NCBI RefSeq assembly: GCF_009914755.1
Contig: NC_060947.1
From: the human T2T-CHM13v2.0 reference genome, Homo sapiens
DNA: 64,000 nt
Direction: 5' to 3' (one strand)
This document shows positions 15,201 through 27,588 of the stretch, one piece after another. The stretch's first letter is position 1, and each line of letters begins with the position of its first letter. The translations under genes and the position numbers were made by a program. Below the pieces are notes generated by a model. It was not told where the DNA came from and searched no databases. It saw only the letters and a program-made list of their open reading frames with translations.

Positions 15201-15710
15201 GAGTTTTGTACCTTCAGGTGATAACTTATTTCTCATTAACCTTCTTTTATTTCTGATTTATGTACTCTCTTAGCATTTCTTGTAGGACAGGTCTGGTGTT
15301 GATGAAACCCCTCAGCTTTTGTTTATCTGGGAAAGTCTTTATTTCTCCTCCATGTTTGAAGGATATTTTTGTCAGATATATAATTCTAGGGTAAAAGTTT
15401 TATTCCTTCAGCATTTGAAATGTGTCATGCCACTGTCTCCTGGCCTGTAAGGTTTACACAGAAAAGTCTACTGCCAGATGTTTTGGAGCTCCATTGCATA
15501 TTATTTGTTTCTTTTCTCTTGCTGCTTTTAGGATCCTTCCTTTATTCTTGACCTTTGGGAGTTTGATTATTAAATGCCTCGAGGTAGTCTTCTTTGAGTG
15601 AAATCTGCTTGGTGTTCTACAACTTCCTTATACTTGGATATTGATAAATTTCTCTAGGTTTGTGAAGTTCTCTTATTATTCCTTGAAAAAAACTTTCTAC
15701 CCCTGTCTTT

Positions 15711-16030
<320 letters not shown>

Positions 16031-18869
16031 ACCCCTGTCTTTCACTATAGCTCTTCTTTAAGGCCAATAACTATTAGATTTGCCCTTTTAATTTGCCTCT
16101 GGAAGCTATTTTCTAGATCCTGTAGTCATGCTTCATTGTTTTCTATTCTTTTTGTCTTTTGTCTCCTCTGACTGTGCATTTTCAAATAGCCTGTCTTCAA
16201 GCTCACTAATTCTTTATTCTACTTGATCAATTTTGCTATTTAAAAACTCTGATGCATTCTTTAGTATGCCAGTTGCATTTTCCATCTCCAGAATTTCTTC
16301 TTGATTCTTTTTAATTATTTTCATCTCCTTGTTAAGTTCATCTGACAGAATTCTGAGTTCCTTCTGTATTATTTTGAGTTTTTTTGAGTTTCCTCAACAT
16401 AGTTATTTTGAATTCTCTGTCTGAAAGGTCACATATCTCTGTTTCTCCATGATTAGTCCCTGGTTCCTTATTTAGTTCATTTGGTGAGGTTATGTTTTCT
16501 GAGATGGTCTTGATACTTGTAGATGTTCTTTGATGTCTGGCCATTGAAGAGTTATGTATCTATTGTAGTACTTACTGTGTAAGCTTGTTTGTACCTGTCC
16601 TTCTTGGGAAGGCTTTCCAGATATTTGAGAGGACTTGGGTGTTGTGATCTAAGCTATATCTGCTTTAGGGGGCACCCCAAGCTCAGTAATCCTGTGGTTT
16701 TTGCAGACTCATAGTGGTACCACCTTGATAGTATTGGATAAGATGCAGGAGAATTAGCTGGATTACCAAGCAGAGACTCTTGTTCTCTTCCTTTACTTTC
16801 TTCCAAACAAATGAAGTCTCTCTCTCTGTTCTGAGCCACTGAAGTTGGAGGTGGAGTGACACAAGCACCCCTGTGCCACTACCTATATGACTGTGCTGGG
16901 TTAGACCTGAAAGCAGCACAGTACTGGGTCTCATGCAAGGCCTGCTGTAACCACTCCTTAGCTACTGACTATGTTCACTCAAGGCTCTGGTGCTCTGCAA
17001 TTTGCAAGTGACAAAGCCAGTCAGGCCACTCTTCAGGTTGGCAAAATTACCCATGTCCCAGGTGGGTCCAGAGGTGCCATGTGAAGCCAGGGACTAGAGT
17101 CAAAAACTTTAGAAGTCTACCTGGTGTGCTATTGTACTGTGGCTGAACTGCCACTCAAATCACAAGACAGTTCTTACCACTCTTCTCTCTCTTTCCCAAA
17201 GGCAGAGGAGCCTTATCCCATGGCCTGCACCACCACAGGACCAGAAGGAGTACTGCCAGACTACAGGTGATGTTCTCTTATGGCCCAAAGGCTCTTCAGT
17301 CAGCTTATGGTAAATGCTAGCTGGCCTGGGACTCACTGTTCAGTGAAGTGGGTTCCCCTCTCACCCAGGGCAGTTCAAGAAATGCTGTCCAAGAGCCAAG
17401 TCCTGGAATCGGGGACTTCAAGAGCCTGCTTGGTGCTTTACTCCCCTGTGGCCAAGCAGGGAAGTACCTAAGGTGTAAGACAAAGTCCCCTTTACTTTTC
17501 CCTCTGCTTTTCTCAAGTGGAAGAAGTCTTACCCCATAGCCACCACAGTTGGAAATGTTCTCTCACCTGATGCCAACAAGCCTCAGAGTCTTACCCAAGG
17601 TCCTTGATGTAGTACCTGGGTATTGCTGCTGGTTTTCGGGGGCCCAAGGGATCTTCATATAGCCTGTGATGAATGCTGCCAGGACTGGATCCATCCCTTC
17701 AGAAGGCATTAGGTTCCCTTCTAGCCCATGGTATGTCTAGAAATGTAATCTGAGAGCTAGGGCCTGGAATGGGGGCCTCAGGACTCTGAGTGGGGCCTTA
17801 TCCTGCTGCGGCTGAGCTGGTATCCAAGATGCAAGACAAAATCCTCCCCACTCTTCCCTTTCCTCTCCTCAAGCAGAAGGAAGGGATCTCTTTTGGAGCC
17901 ATGAGCTGTGTAGCCTGGAGCACACAGGGAAGGGGTGATGCCAGCACTTTCTTAGCCACCGTAGCTGGTGTCTCAGTATGTCACGAGCCCCCACAGTCCA
18001 TTGCCTCTGGGCCTAGTTCAGCGCTAAGTCTCACCTAACAGTTGCAGTTATTATGGCCTAGCCTGCCTTTCAAGTTTATTTAGAGCCCCAGAGCACTTCG
18101 GCCCTCATTGGTGAGGCTTGTGGGAACTCAAGTTCCAACCACTGATATTAGCAATTCCCCTCTGGCTAGAGCTGATTTAAATGCTCCCTCTGTGAGCAGG
18201 TGTCACCTGAGCTTGGTCCGATTTCCCTTTTGGCTATAACTGAGGACAGCACTGAGTTCAGTGCCTCACAATTGCTGTGCTCTCCCTCTCCCATTACACA
18301 GAAATGCTTTCCGCACCATGCAGCTGCTGCTGGGGGATAGGGTAGGGGTGGCGTCGGCTATTCAAGACTGTTTTTTCTACCTCTTTAGTGCCTCTTTCAG
18401 TGATACAAAGTTAAAAACCAGGTATTGTTGAGTGCTCATCTAAGTTTTGGTTCTTATGAAGGTACTTTTCTGTGCAGATAGCTGTTAAATTGGCGTATTC
18501 CAGGGGAATGATCAGTGGAGCCTTTTATTCCACCATCTTGCTCTACAACTTGGGATTTTGTTCTTGATTTTGTTCTCAGCTTGAATATTATTGCTGTATA
18601 GAAATGCTACTGATTTTTGTATGTTTCTTTTGTATCCTGAAACTTTACTGAAGTCTTTCATCAGGTCTAGGAGTCTTTTTGCAGAATTTTTAGGGTTTTC
18701 TAGTTTATATATACCAAATTCTTTATTGCAGCAATACTTGTAATGGTAAAAACAAAAATCCTAAAACTCAGAACAACCCAAATATTCACTGACAGGAGAA
18801 TAAATACAATAGACTGTGGTATATTCACAAAAGAACTGTCATAAATCAGTAAAAGTCAATGAGCTAAAT

Positions 18870-19785
18870 CATGGCAGATACTGGGTGGCTATTCACTGAA
18901 GCTAGTTCCTCTTCTTCCTGGGCACTCACCTAAACTATGTTTTCCAGCCTCCTTTGTGTTTATGTGTCAGCATATGTCTCAATTTGGATCCTGTGGAAAG
19001 CCAACACAAAGATGGAATTAGAAGTACAAGAATGTTATTGAGGATGAACTCTGTGAGCAACAAAGGGAAGAGGGAGCAAAAGTAGGTGGAGAGAGACTTC
19101 AGACCAGGATGCTTGTCTAACCTCTGTGAAAGGAGAGGATAACAAAGGAAGGGTGGGTAGGAAAAAGTCAGACTGCAATAAAGCTCTGAGAAAGTTTCAT
19201 ACTCCCAGTGTTGGGTTCCAACACGAAGATTACCCACAGATGAATCCTACATTTGGCAGAAATGTCCAGGCCCTAGTATACTTACTGTTCTCAGCATCGC
19301 CTAGAAACTGCCTGAGAAAAGCCTGGCCTCAGCCTGAATGTTGTGAGAGATCCTGAAGGAGCTGCAGTCAGCTCACTGGACCCTTTCTAGCATCTTCTCT
19401 CTTGGAGGGAGATCTGAGAAGCCCACCTCCATGGCTGTCACACCATGTGACTGAGCTTACACAAATGAAACAAGAGAAGAAATGATATGTGCCACTTCTA
19501 GTACTGACCCATAGCAATATTTTATATGGATCCTCCATGATGTTCCTCTCTCTGCAGCTTAGAGGAAGATAAGTATGGCAACATAGGAAGCCATATGCTG
19601 AGGACAGCAGAGAGTAAGATGAAGGAATGCTAAGTTTCTGACTCACCACTTGGATGAGAGCCATCCACTATTAATGCAGTACATTTTAGATCTTATATGG
19701 GAAAGAAATGAACTTCTATTGAGTTGTAATATTGAGATTTGAGAGTTTACCTATTATGACTGATAATTATACCCTAAATCATGCT
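18870..19785 (+). mobile_element. Old MLT1I/J-like LTR with a nested LTR16-like ERVL LTR (18964-19441, minus)
   Basis: 'aactatgttttccagcctcc...' resumes as 'ccatgtgactgag' after a TG...CA bounded insert. Confidence 0.55.
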
Positions 19786-20228
19786 TTTAGCAACTTATTA
19801 AATTTCAGATGAATCTTGGAAACCTAATTTTGAGAGGAAAAAAGCAGATCCCAGAATATAAAGTGCAACTGTATAGACTCCAAAACAAATAAATCTGACA
19901 ATGTATTGCTTGAGTCATATGTTCAGAGCTATGAAATTATTTTAAAAATTAATGATAATGGTTAATTCTGAGGGGAGGCCGGGGGTGAGACTGGGAAGAA
20001 CATATAGATAGATGGGAAATGTGTATAGTAAGATTAAGCACAACTTAGATAATAATTATTTCATCCTTTTCATTTCTCCTTTGCATGGGCATACTTGTTA
20101 AAGGCAGAGGCTTCTTGTTATATAGAGAATCACTGCTATGGTTTCTTCAGGACTATCAAGTGTGCCTATCATAAATCTCCTATTTATTGGGGGAACAACT
20201 GACATTTTGAAATGAAAATTTTTCTCTA

Positions 20229-20568
<340 letters not shown>

Positions 20569-20679
20569 GTTTCTCTAAAACATATCAAGAAATCACCAAA
20601 CTTGAGACATAAACTGAAAATTCAAAACACTGTTTGTATGCTCAAATATCAGATACAGATTATGAAATTAAATTTCAAA

Positions 20680-21140
20680 GTGAATTCAGTTAGGAATTGT
20701 GTTTGGCTGCAAGTACACATACTCAAAATAGTGGCTTAAACACACAAGGATTTATTCTCTCACATCATTAAAGGAGTCTGAAATTTGAAAGTCCAAAACT
20801 GGTAGGAACGTCAACAGTGTCCTTAAGGAACCAGAATATCTTTGTCTGCTCCAACATACTAGTACATGGCTTCCATCCTTAAAAGTCAAGATGGCAGTTG
20901 GATCTCTACTATCTAACTTGCATTTCAGGTAGCAGGAAGGACAAAAAGCAACCTTGCAGCATCAGCTTTCTTTAAGCAGTCTCCTCAAAACTTCTACCCA
21001 ACATTTATGCTCTCATTTCAGCAAGGGGGCTGAGAATAGTGTCTATTCTGCATGGTCATGTGTGCAGCTAAAAATCAGGGTATCGCTAAAGAAAGAAGAG
21101 GAGAATGTCTATTGGGAAGCAACCGAAAGTCTCTGCCATT
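20680..21140 (-). mobile_element. MLT1K/L-like old MaLR LTR
   Basis: 'agttaggaattgtgtttggctgcaagt...gtggcttaaaca' motif. Confidence 0.5.
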
Positions 21141-21429
21141 GAGTGGAAATAATTAAAATGTTCCCAGAAATAAAAAGCACCTTGAGTAAAATTGACCATA
21201 TACAAATCTCATGACCCAGCGCTCTACTACTATTTAAACACCTTAGAGAAATTCTTGCAAATACACACTAGAAAGCATGTACAAGAATGTCTATAATAGC
21301 AATGTTCATAATATGAAAAAACTAGAAACAATGAAATGTCATTAATAGTAGAATGGATGAATAAATTGTAGTATACTTCATGTAATAAACTGCTATAGTG
21401 AAGTGGAAATCAACCACATATTTCAATAT

Positions 21430-21660
21430 ACCACTGTAGGATTACTGCAGTTCACAATAATATATTACATAGTTTCAAATAGCTAGAAGGAGCATATTGA
21501 ACATTCCCAACATAAAGAAATGATAAATGTTTGAGATGATGGATATGTTAGTTATCCTGATCTGATAAGTAAACATTATATGTATCAAAACATCACTATG
21601 TATCCCATGAATATGTACAATTATTATTCATCAATTAAAAAATACAAAATAAATGAAAAT
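21430..21660 (+). mobile_element. L1MA/L1PB 3'-end fragment within older L1ME fragments (about 21180-21830)
   Basis: 'tttcaaatagctagaaggag...gaaatgataaatgtttgagatgatggatatg...' followed by an A-rich tail. Confidence 0.7.
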
Positions 21661-21833
21661 AAACCTATTATAAAAGTTCAAAATATACATAATTACCATG
21701 ACAGAGGCATGTCCCAGTGTAATAAAGTGTTGGTTCCATTGATATAAAGTTCAAAAATTGGCAAAACTGAGTCATGTTTAAGTATATACACATAGGTGGA
21801 TATATATATATGTAAATGATTAACACAAAAGTC

Positions 21834-22252
21834 TGTGTTATGAGCTGAATTGTGTCCTGAAAAATTTATGTCAAAGCCTTAGCCCCCAGTACCTTCCAAT
21901 ATGACTGTATTTGGAGATAGGGCCTTTAAAGAGGTAACTTAAGTAAAAATGTGCTCATTAGCGTGGACCCTTCCTAATCCAATACGACTGGTATCCTTAT
22001 AAGAAGAGATTAGGACACAACATACACAGGGGAAAGATCATGTGAAGACGCACAGACATGAACATGTGAACACACAACAAGAAGACAGCTATCTGTAAGC
22101 CAGAAAGAAAAGCTTCCCAAGAAACGAAACCTACTGCCATACCTGGATCTATCTCATATTTTTAGCTTCTAGAACTGTGAGAGAATGAATTTCCATTGTT
22201 TAAGCCACCCAATCTGTGATATTTTTATTATGGCAGCCTGAGTACACTAATA
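21834..22252 (+). mobile_element. MLT1B-like MaLR solo LTR
   Basis: 'tgttatgagctgaattgtgtcc...ctagaactgtgagag...ggcagcctgagtacactaata'; aagtc on both flanks. Confidence 0.8.
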
Positions 22253-22861
22253 AAGTCAGGATTATGGATTTGTCTGGTGGTAAGGGCAGAGGGATGCAAT
22301 CATGAAAGGCCATAGATAGATTTTCTAAGGCCATCATGATTTTTTACATTTTCATGTGAATTATGGGCATGTAGAAGTTTTCAAATTTTTATTATTTTAA
22401 CTTCAAATATATTTTATATTTCATCTTGTGTATATGGTATTTTTCACCATTTAAATATGGAGAAAAAGAAAGGAAGAGAAAGATGTGAAGATAGGCATTT
22501 AAGTAAATAAAAATAATCATAACTAGAGGCCTGAGAACAGAAATCTGTATTACATAATTAGGACAAAGATATAGTTTCGATTCAGAACCACAGCTTTAAA
22601 ACTAAACTTAAGAGCTCCAATTACATTAAAACTTGTAATGTATTTTATTCAAGGAAAAAGTTGAGTGTTAAAAGTGTTAATTTAATTTTGTAGTGTGAAA
22701 ACTAATTATCCTTCATTAGCAGTATATTATACCTACTGTTACTACTATCTCCTTGAGTAAGAATTATTATCATAGAAAGATAAATTTAGAATAGGTAGAG
22801 TCTTTAGAGATCATCTACATATGTGTATAGTACAGGAAGGCTAGCCCAAAAACAAACTATT

Positions 22862-22918
22862 ATTTTAGTCAAACTAGTCTCTGTTCATGATTTTAGTCAA
22901 ACTAGTCTCTGTTCATGA
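22862..22918. repeat. Perfect 28-bp tandem duplication
   Basis: attttagtcaaactagtctctgttcatg occurs twice in tandem. Confidence 0.95.
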
Positions 22919-23160
22919 CCACATTATTATGATTATTGTCCTAGATAACATAACCTAATGGAAGGCAGACTAAAACAGGAATCAGAAGGATGTGTTCTGA
23001 TTCTTATTTTACTTAAACTCTCTGAGATGTAATTCCTTCATCTGTACACATAGGTAACAGTATGCCTGTCTGCCTGCCTGATGGTTCAATGTGAACCTCA
23101 TAATAAGTGAGAGGTGGAAGGCAAGTTAAGCATTATATAATTCAACTTATTCCTTTTAAA

Positions 23161-25046
23161 AATAAGTTTTATTTTGTTTTTAATTGACACATAATTGTAC
23201 ATATTTATGGGGTACAGTGTAATTTGTTTCTTTGTTTTGAGACAATGTCTTGCTTTGTCACCCAGGCTGGAGTGCTTTGGCACAATCATGGTTCACTGCT
23301 GCCTCAAACTCCTGTGCTCAAGCATTCCTCTTGCCTCAGCCTCCCAAGTAGCTAGGACTACAAATGTGCACCAACACACCCAGCCAACTTTTTTTTTTTT
23401 TTTTTTTTTTTTGTAGAGATGGGGTTTTGCTATGTTGCCCAGGCTGGTCTTGAACTCATGGCCTCAAGCAATCCTCCTGCTTCAGCTCTCAAAATACTGC
23501 GATTACAGGTGTGAGCCACCACACAGGGCCCACTGTGATGTTTTGCTACATATATACACTGTGTAATGATTCAATCAGGGTATATCCATCACCTCAAACA
23601 TTTGTCATTTGTGATGATAACATTTGAAAACCTCTCTTCTATTTTGAAGTACACATTATTGTCGACTATAATCATTCTCCTGTGCAATGGAACACTAGAA
23701 CTTATTCCTCTTATCTGACTACTACTGTGCATATCAACCAACCTCTCCCCATTCCTTCTCTCCCGCCTACTCTACCCAGCCTCTGGTAAGCAGTATTTTA
23801 CTCTCTACTTCTATGAGATCAACATTTTTAGATTACACTTATGAGTGTGATCATGCGATATTTGTCCTACTATGCTTAGTTTATTTCACTTAATATAATG
23901 TCCTCCACATTCACCCATGTTGTTGCAAATAACAGGATTTTGCCTCTTTTTTTTGGCCTAATAGTATTCCATTGTGACTATATACCAGCCCTTTATATCC
24001 ATTCATTTATTGATAGACACATAGTGGGATTGTTGGATCATATGGTAGATCTATTTTTAATTTGGGGGAAACTTCCATATTGTTTTCCATAATGGCTGTA
24101 CTAATTTACATTCCCATCAACAGTGTATTACTTCCCCTTTCTCCACATCGTTGCTGGCATTTTTTTTTTTAATAGTAGCCATTCTAACAGATGTGAAGTG
24201 ATATCTCATTGTGGTTTTGATTTGCATTTCCCTGATGATTAGTGATGTTGAGTGTTTTTTTCATATACCTGTTGACAATTTGTATATCTTCTTTTGATAA
24301 ATGTTTACTTAGATCTTTTGACCATTTTTAAATCAGACCATTGAGTCGAGTTCCTTACATATTCTGGATATTAACCCCCCTTTTTTTTTTTTGCTATTGA
24401 ATCGAGTTCCTTACATATTCTGGATATTAACCCCTTGTTAGATGCATAGTATACAAATATTTTCTCCCATTATATAGGTTGTCTCTTCACTCTGTTGACT
24501 GTTGCCTTTGCTGGGCAGAATATTTTATGTTTGATGTAATCCTATTTGTCTGTTTTTGCTTTTATTGCCTATGATTTTGAGGTGTTATTAAAAAACATCC
24601 TTGCCCAGAACAATGTAATAAAGTATTTCTCCTATGTTTTCTAGTAATTTCATAGTTTGGGGTGTTACATTAAAGTTTTTAATTTATTTTGAGTTTATTT
24701 TTGTCAGTGATGAGAGATAAGGATCTAGTTTTATTCTTCTGCATGTAGATATTTAGTTTTCCCAGCACCACTTATTGAAGGGACTGTCTTTTCTCCAATG
24801 TGTGCTCTTAGCAAGACATTTTTCACAGAAATAGAAAAACAATCCTAAAATTTGTATGCAACCATAAAAGACATTGAATAGCCAAGGCAATCATGAACAA
24901 AAAAAGTTGGAGGTATCATACTACCTGACTTTAAAACATACTACAAAGCAACAGTAACCAAAACAGCATGGTACTGGCTTAAAAACAGACACATAGACCA
25001 ATGGAACAGAAATGATAACCTAGATATAAACTCATGTACTTACAGC
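23161..25046 (-). mobile_element. L1MA-type LINE with a 5' inversion (inverted part about 24813-25055 on +)
   Basis: L1MA 3' end at about 23165; orientation switches at about 24813; TSD-like caact(t/g)att(c/t)cttttaaa at 23143-23160 and 25047-25064. Confidence 0.8.
23227..23530 (-). mobile_element. AluJ nested in the L1MA
   Basis: AluJ-type sequence (tcaagca..cctcctgc, ctcactgc.gcctc); expanded mid-A tract. Confidence 0.9.
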
Positions 25047-25229
25047 CAACTGATTTCTTTTAAACCTGATGAAACTGAAATTTAGAGAGTGACCAAGATA
25101 ATCATTGGGATATTGTTGGGTCTAGAATTCAAGTTCCTTTAGCTAATCTCCCCAAAATTAGAATAATAAAAAGGAAATGGAAAGTTGGAGTGAAAAAGAA
25201 AAAAACTGAGCACAGTCCAGGCATTTATT

Positions 25230-26580
25230 TTATAAGCAGAATAATAGGAATTATGGAAAGATAGTAGAGAGAAAATGGAGGGGAGGAAATCATGAATGAA
25301 ATAATTCAACAAAATTGATCAGAACAGAAGGAAACAAGTTTTCATTTTGAAAGAACCCACCAAGCGCCCAGCACAATAGGTGAAAATATGCCTACGTATG
25401 GATTCCAGAAATGAGGGGAAAGTCATTTGACACTGAAGAACCATGAGTCAACGAGGTTTCAGGTGTTTCATTAGCAAGACTTAAAGCTAGAATAAAATGG
25501 ATTAATATTTTCAAAGTACTGAAGGAGAAATATTTCCAACCTGGAATCCCATACTCATACAAACCATCAATGAAATTTGAAGGTAGAATAAATACATAAA
25601 TGAAGGTAAGCTAGAAAGAAAAGCTAACTAATAATAGCGGTTATCTCTAGCGATGGGAAAGAAGATGCAATTAACCTAGGAAGAACAAAGAAGGAACTTA
25701 TTAAGTTGTGGTAATGGTGTATTTCTTTAGTTGAGTGGTGAGTGCATGTCTCTTCATTTTATTCTTTAATAAAGAATAAATAAACACCAAAAGGGCAAAT
25801 TGAAAAATGATTATCAATGAAGGGTTTGCAAGGCAGTGGGGTTAATGGGGCTGGAATAGGAATGAGATTTCTCATGAATACATTTTTACATAAACCTAAG
25901 CCAAATTAATATATTATCAATTTTTAAAAAAATAAAAATTAGAAAAAGGTATCCTAAGGATTAGGAGAAGATGTGAACAATTAATTAAAGTCCCATTGTC
26001 ATAAAAACATAAAATATCTAAAGTTAAGAATTTAAATAAGCATTTCATAGAAGGAGAACTCTGAAAGGTCAATTAACATATGAAAAAATAACCACCCTCA
26101 CTAGTAATCAGGGAAATACTAATTTAAATAATAAGATATGGTTTTATATCTATCATTAGTTTGACATTACCTAGTTTGGACTAGGATGCAGAAAAATGAA
26201 GACTCTCATATGCTGGTGGCGGAATGCAAATTGATACAATTTGGCAATAACTAGAAGACTGACAATATGCATAGCCTTTAACCTAAATATTATTTTGGGG
26301 CTATATCTTAGAGAAACACATTAGCACAAGGAGACATATAAAATATTTATGTCAGGATTTATTTTTATAGTGAAAAATTGAAAACAACATAAATGCTCAT
26401 CAACTAAGGAATTGATGAATAATTTATAGTATATTTATACCATGGAATATAAAACATCAATACAATCAGTGAACTTGGGCTAATCCATATGCATCAACCT
26501 GAAAAAAACTTATAATAACTAGAGAGAAAAAAGCAATTTGCAAAAGGATATGTGCAATCATTAATAAACAATATAAAATT
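25230..26580 (+). mobile_element. Ancient L1M/HAL1 ORF1 and L1ME 3' fragments
   Basis: Degenerate ORF1-like 'ttcaaagtactgaaggagaaatatttccaacctggaatc' and L1ME-like 26040-26580. Confidence 0.45.
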
Positions 26581-27043
26581 ATCTACACATTTTAATTTTT
26601 TAAAATTTTCTATTATTTTACATTCAGTGGATACATGTGCAGGTTTGTTACATAGGTATATTGTGTAATAATCGAGATTGGGTTTCTAGTGTACTCATTA
26701 CCCAAGTAGTGAACATTGTACCCAATGGGTAATTTTTGAACTCTCACCCTTTTTCCAACATTTCTAATTTTGGAGTCCCCTGTGTCTATGATTTCCATCT
26801 TTATGTCCATGTGTACCCATTGTTTAGTTCCCATTTATAAGTGAAAACATGTGATATTTGATAATTTGTTTCTGAGTTATGTCAATTAGGATAATGGTCT
26901 CCAGCTCCACCCATGTTGCTACAAATAACATAATTTCATTCTTTTCTATGACTGCTTAATATTTCATGGTGTATATATACCCACATTTTTTTTTATCCAA
27001 TTCACTGTTGATGGAAACTTAGGTTGATTACATGACTTTTCTA

Positions 27044-27414
<371 letters not shown>

Positions 27415-27588
27415 TTATTTTCCATTCAGTGTATACCCAGTAGTGGGATTGCTGGGTTGAATGGTAGTTCTATTTTCAGTTCTCCGAGAAAACTCCATAC
27501 TGTTTTGTGTACAAGTTGAACTAATTTATATTCCCACCAACAGTGTATAAGCATTCCCCTTTCTCCACATCCATGCTGACATCTGTTC

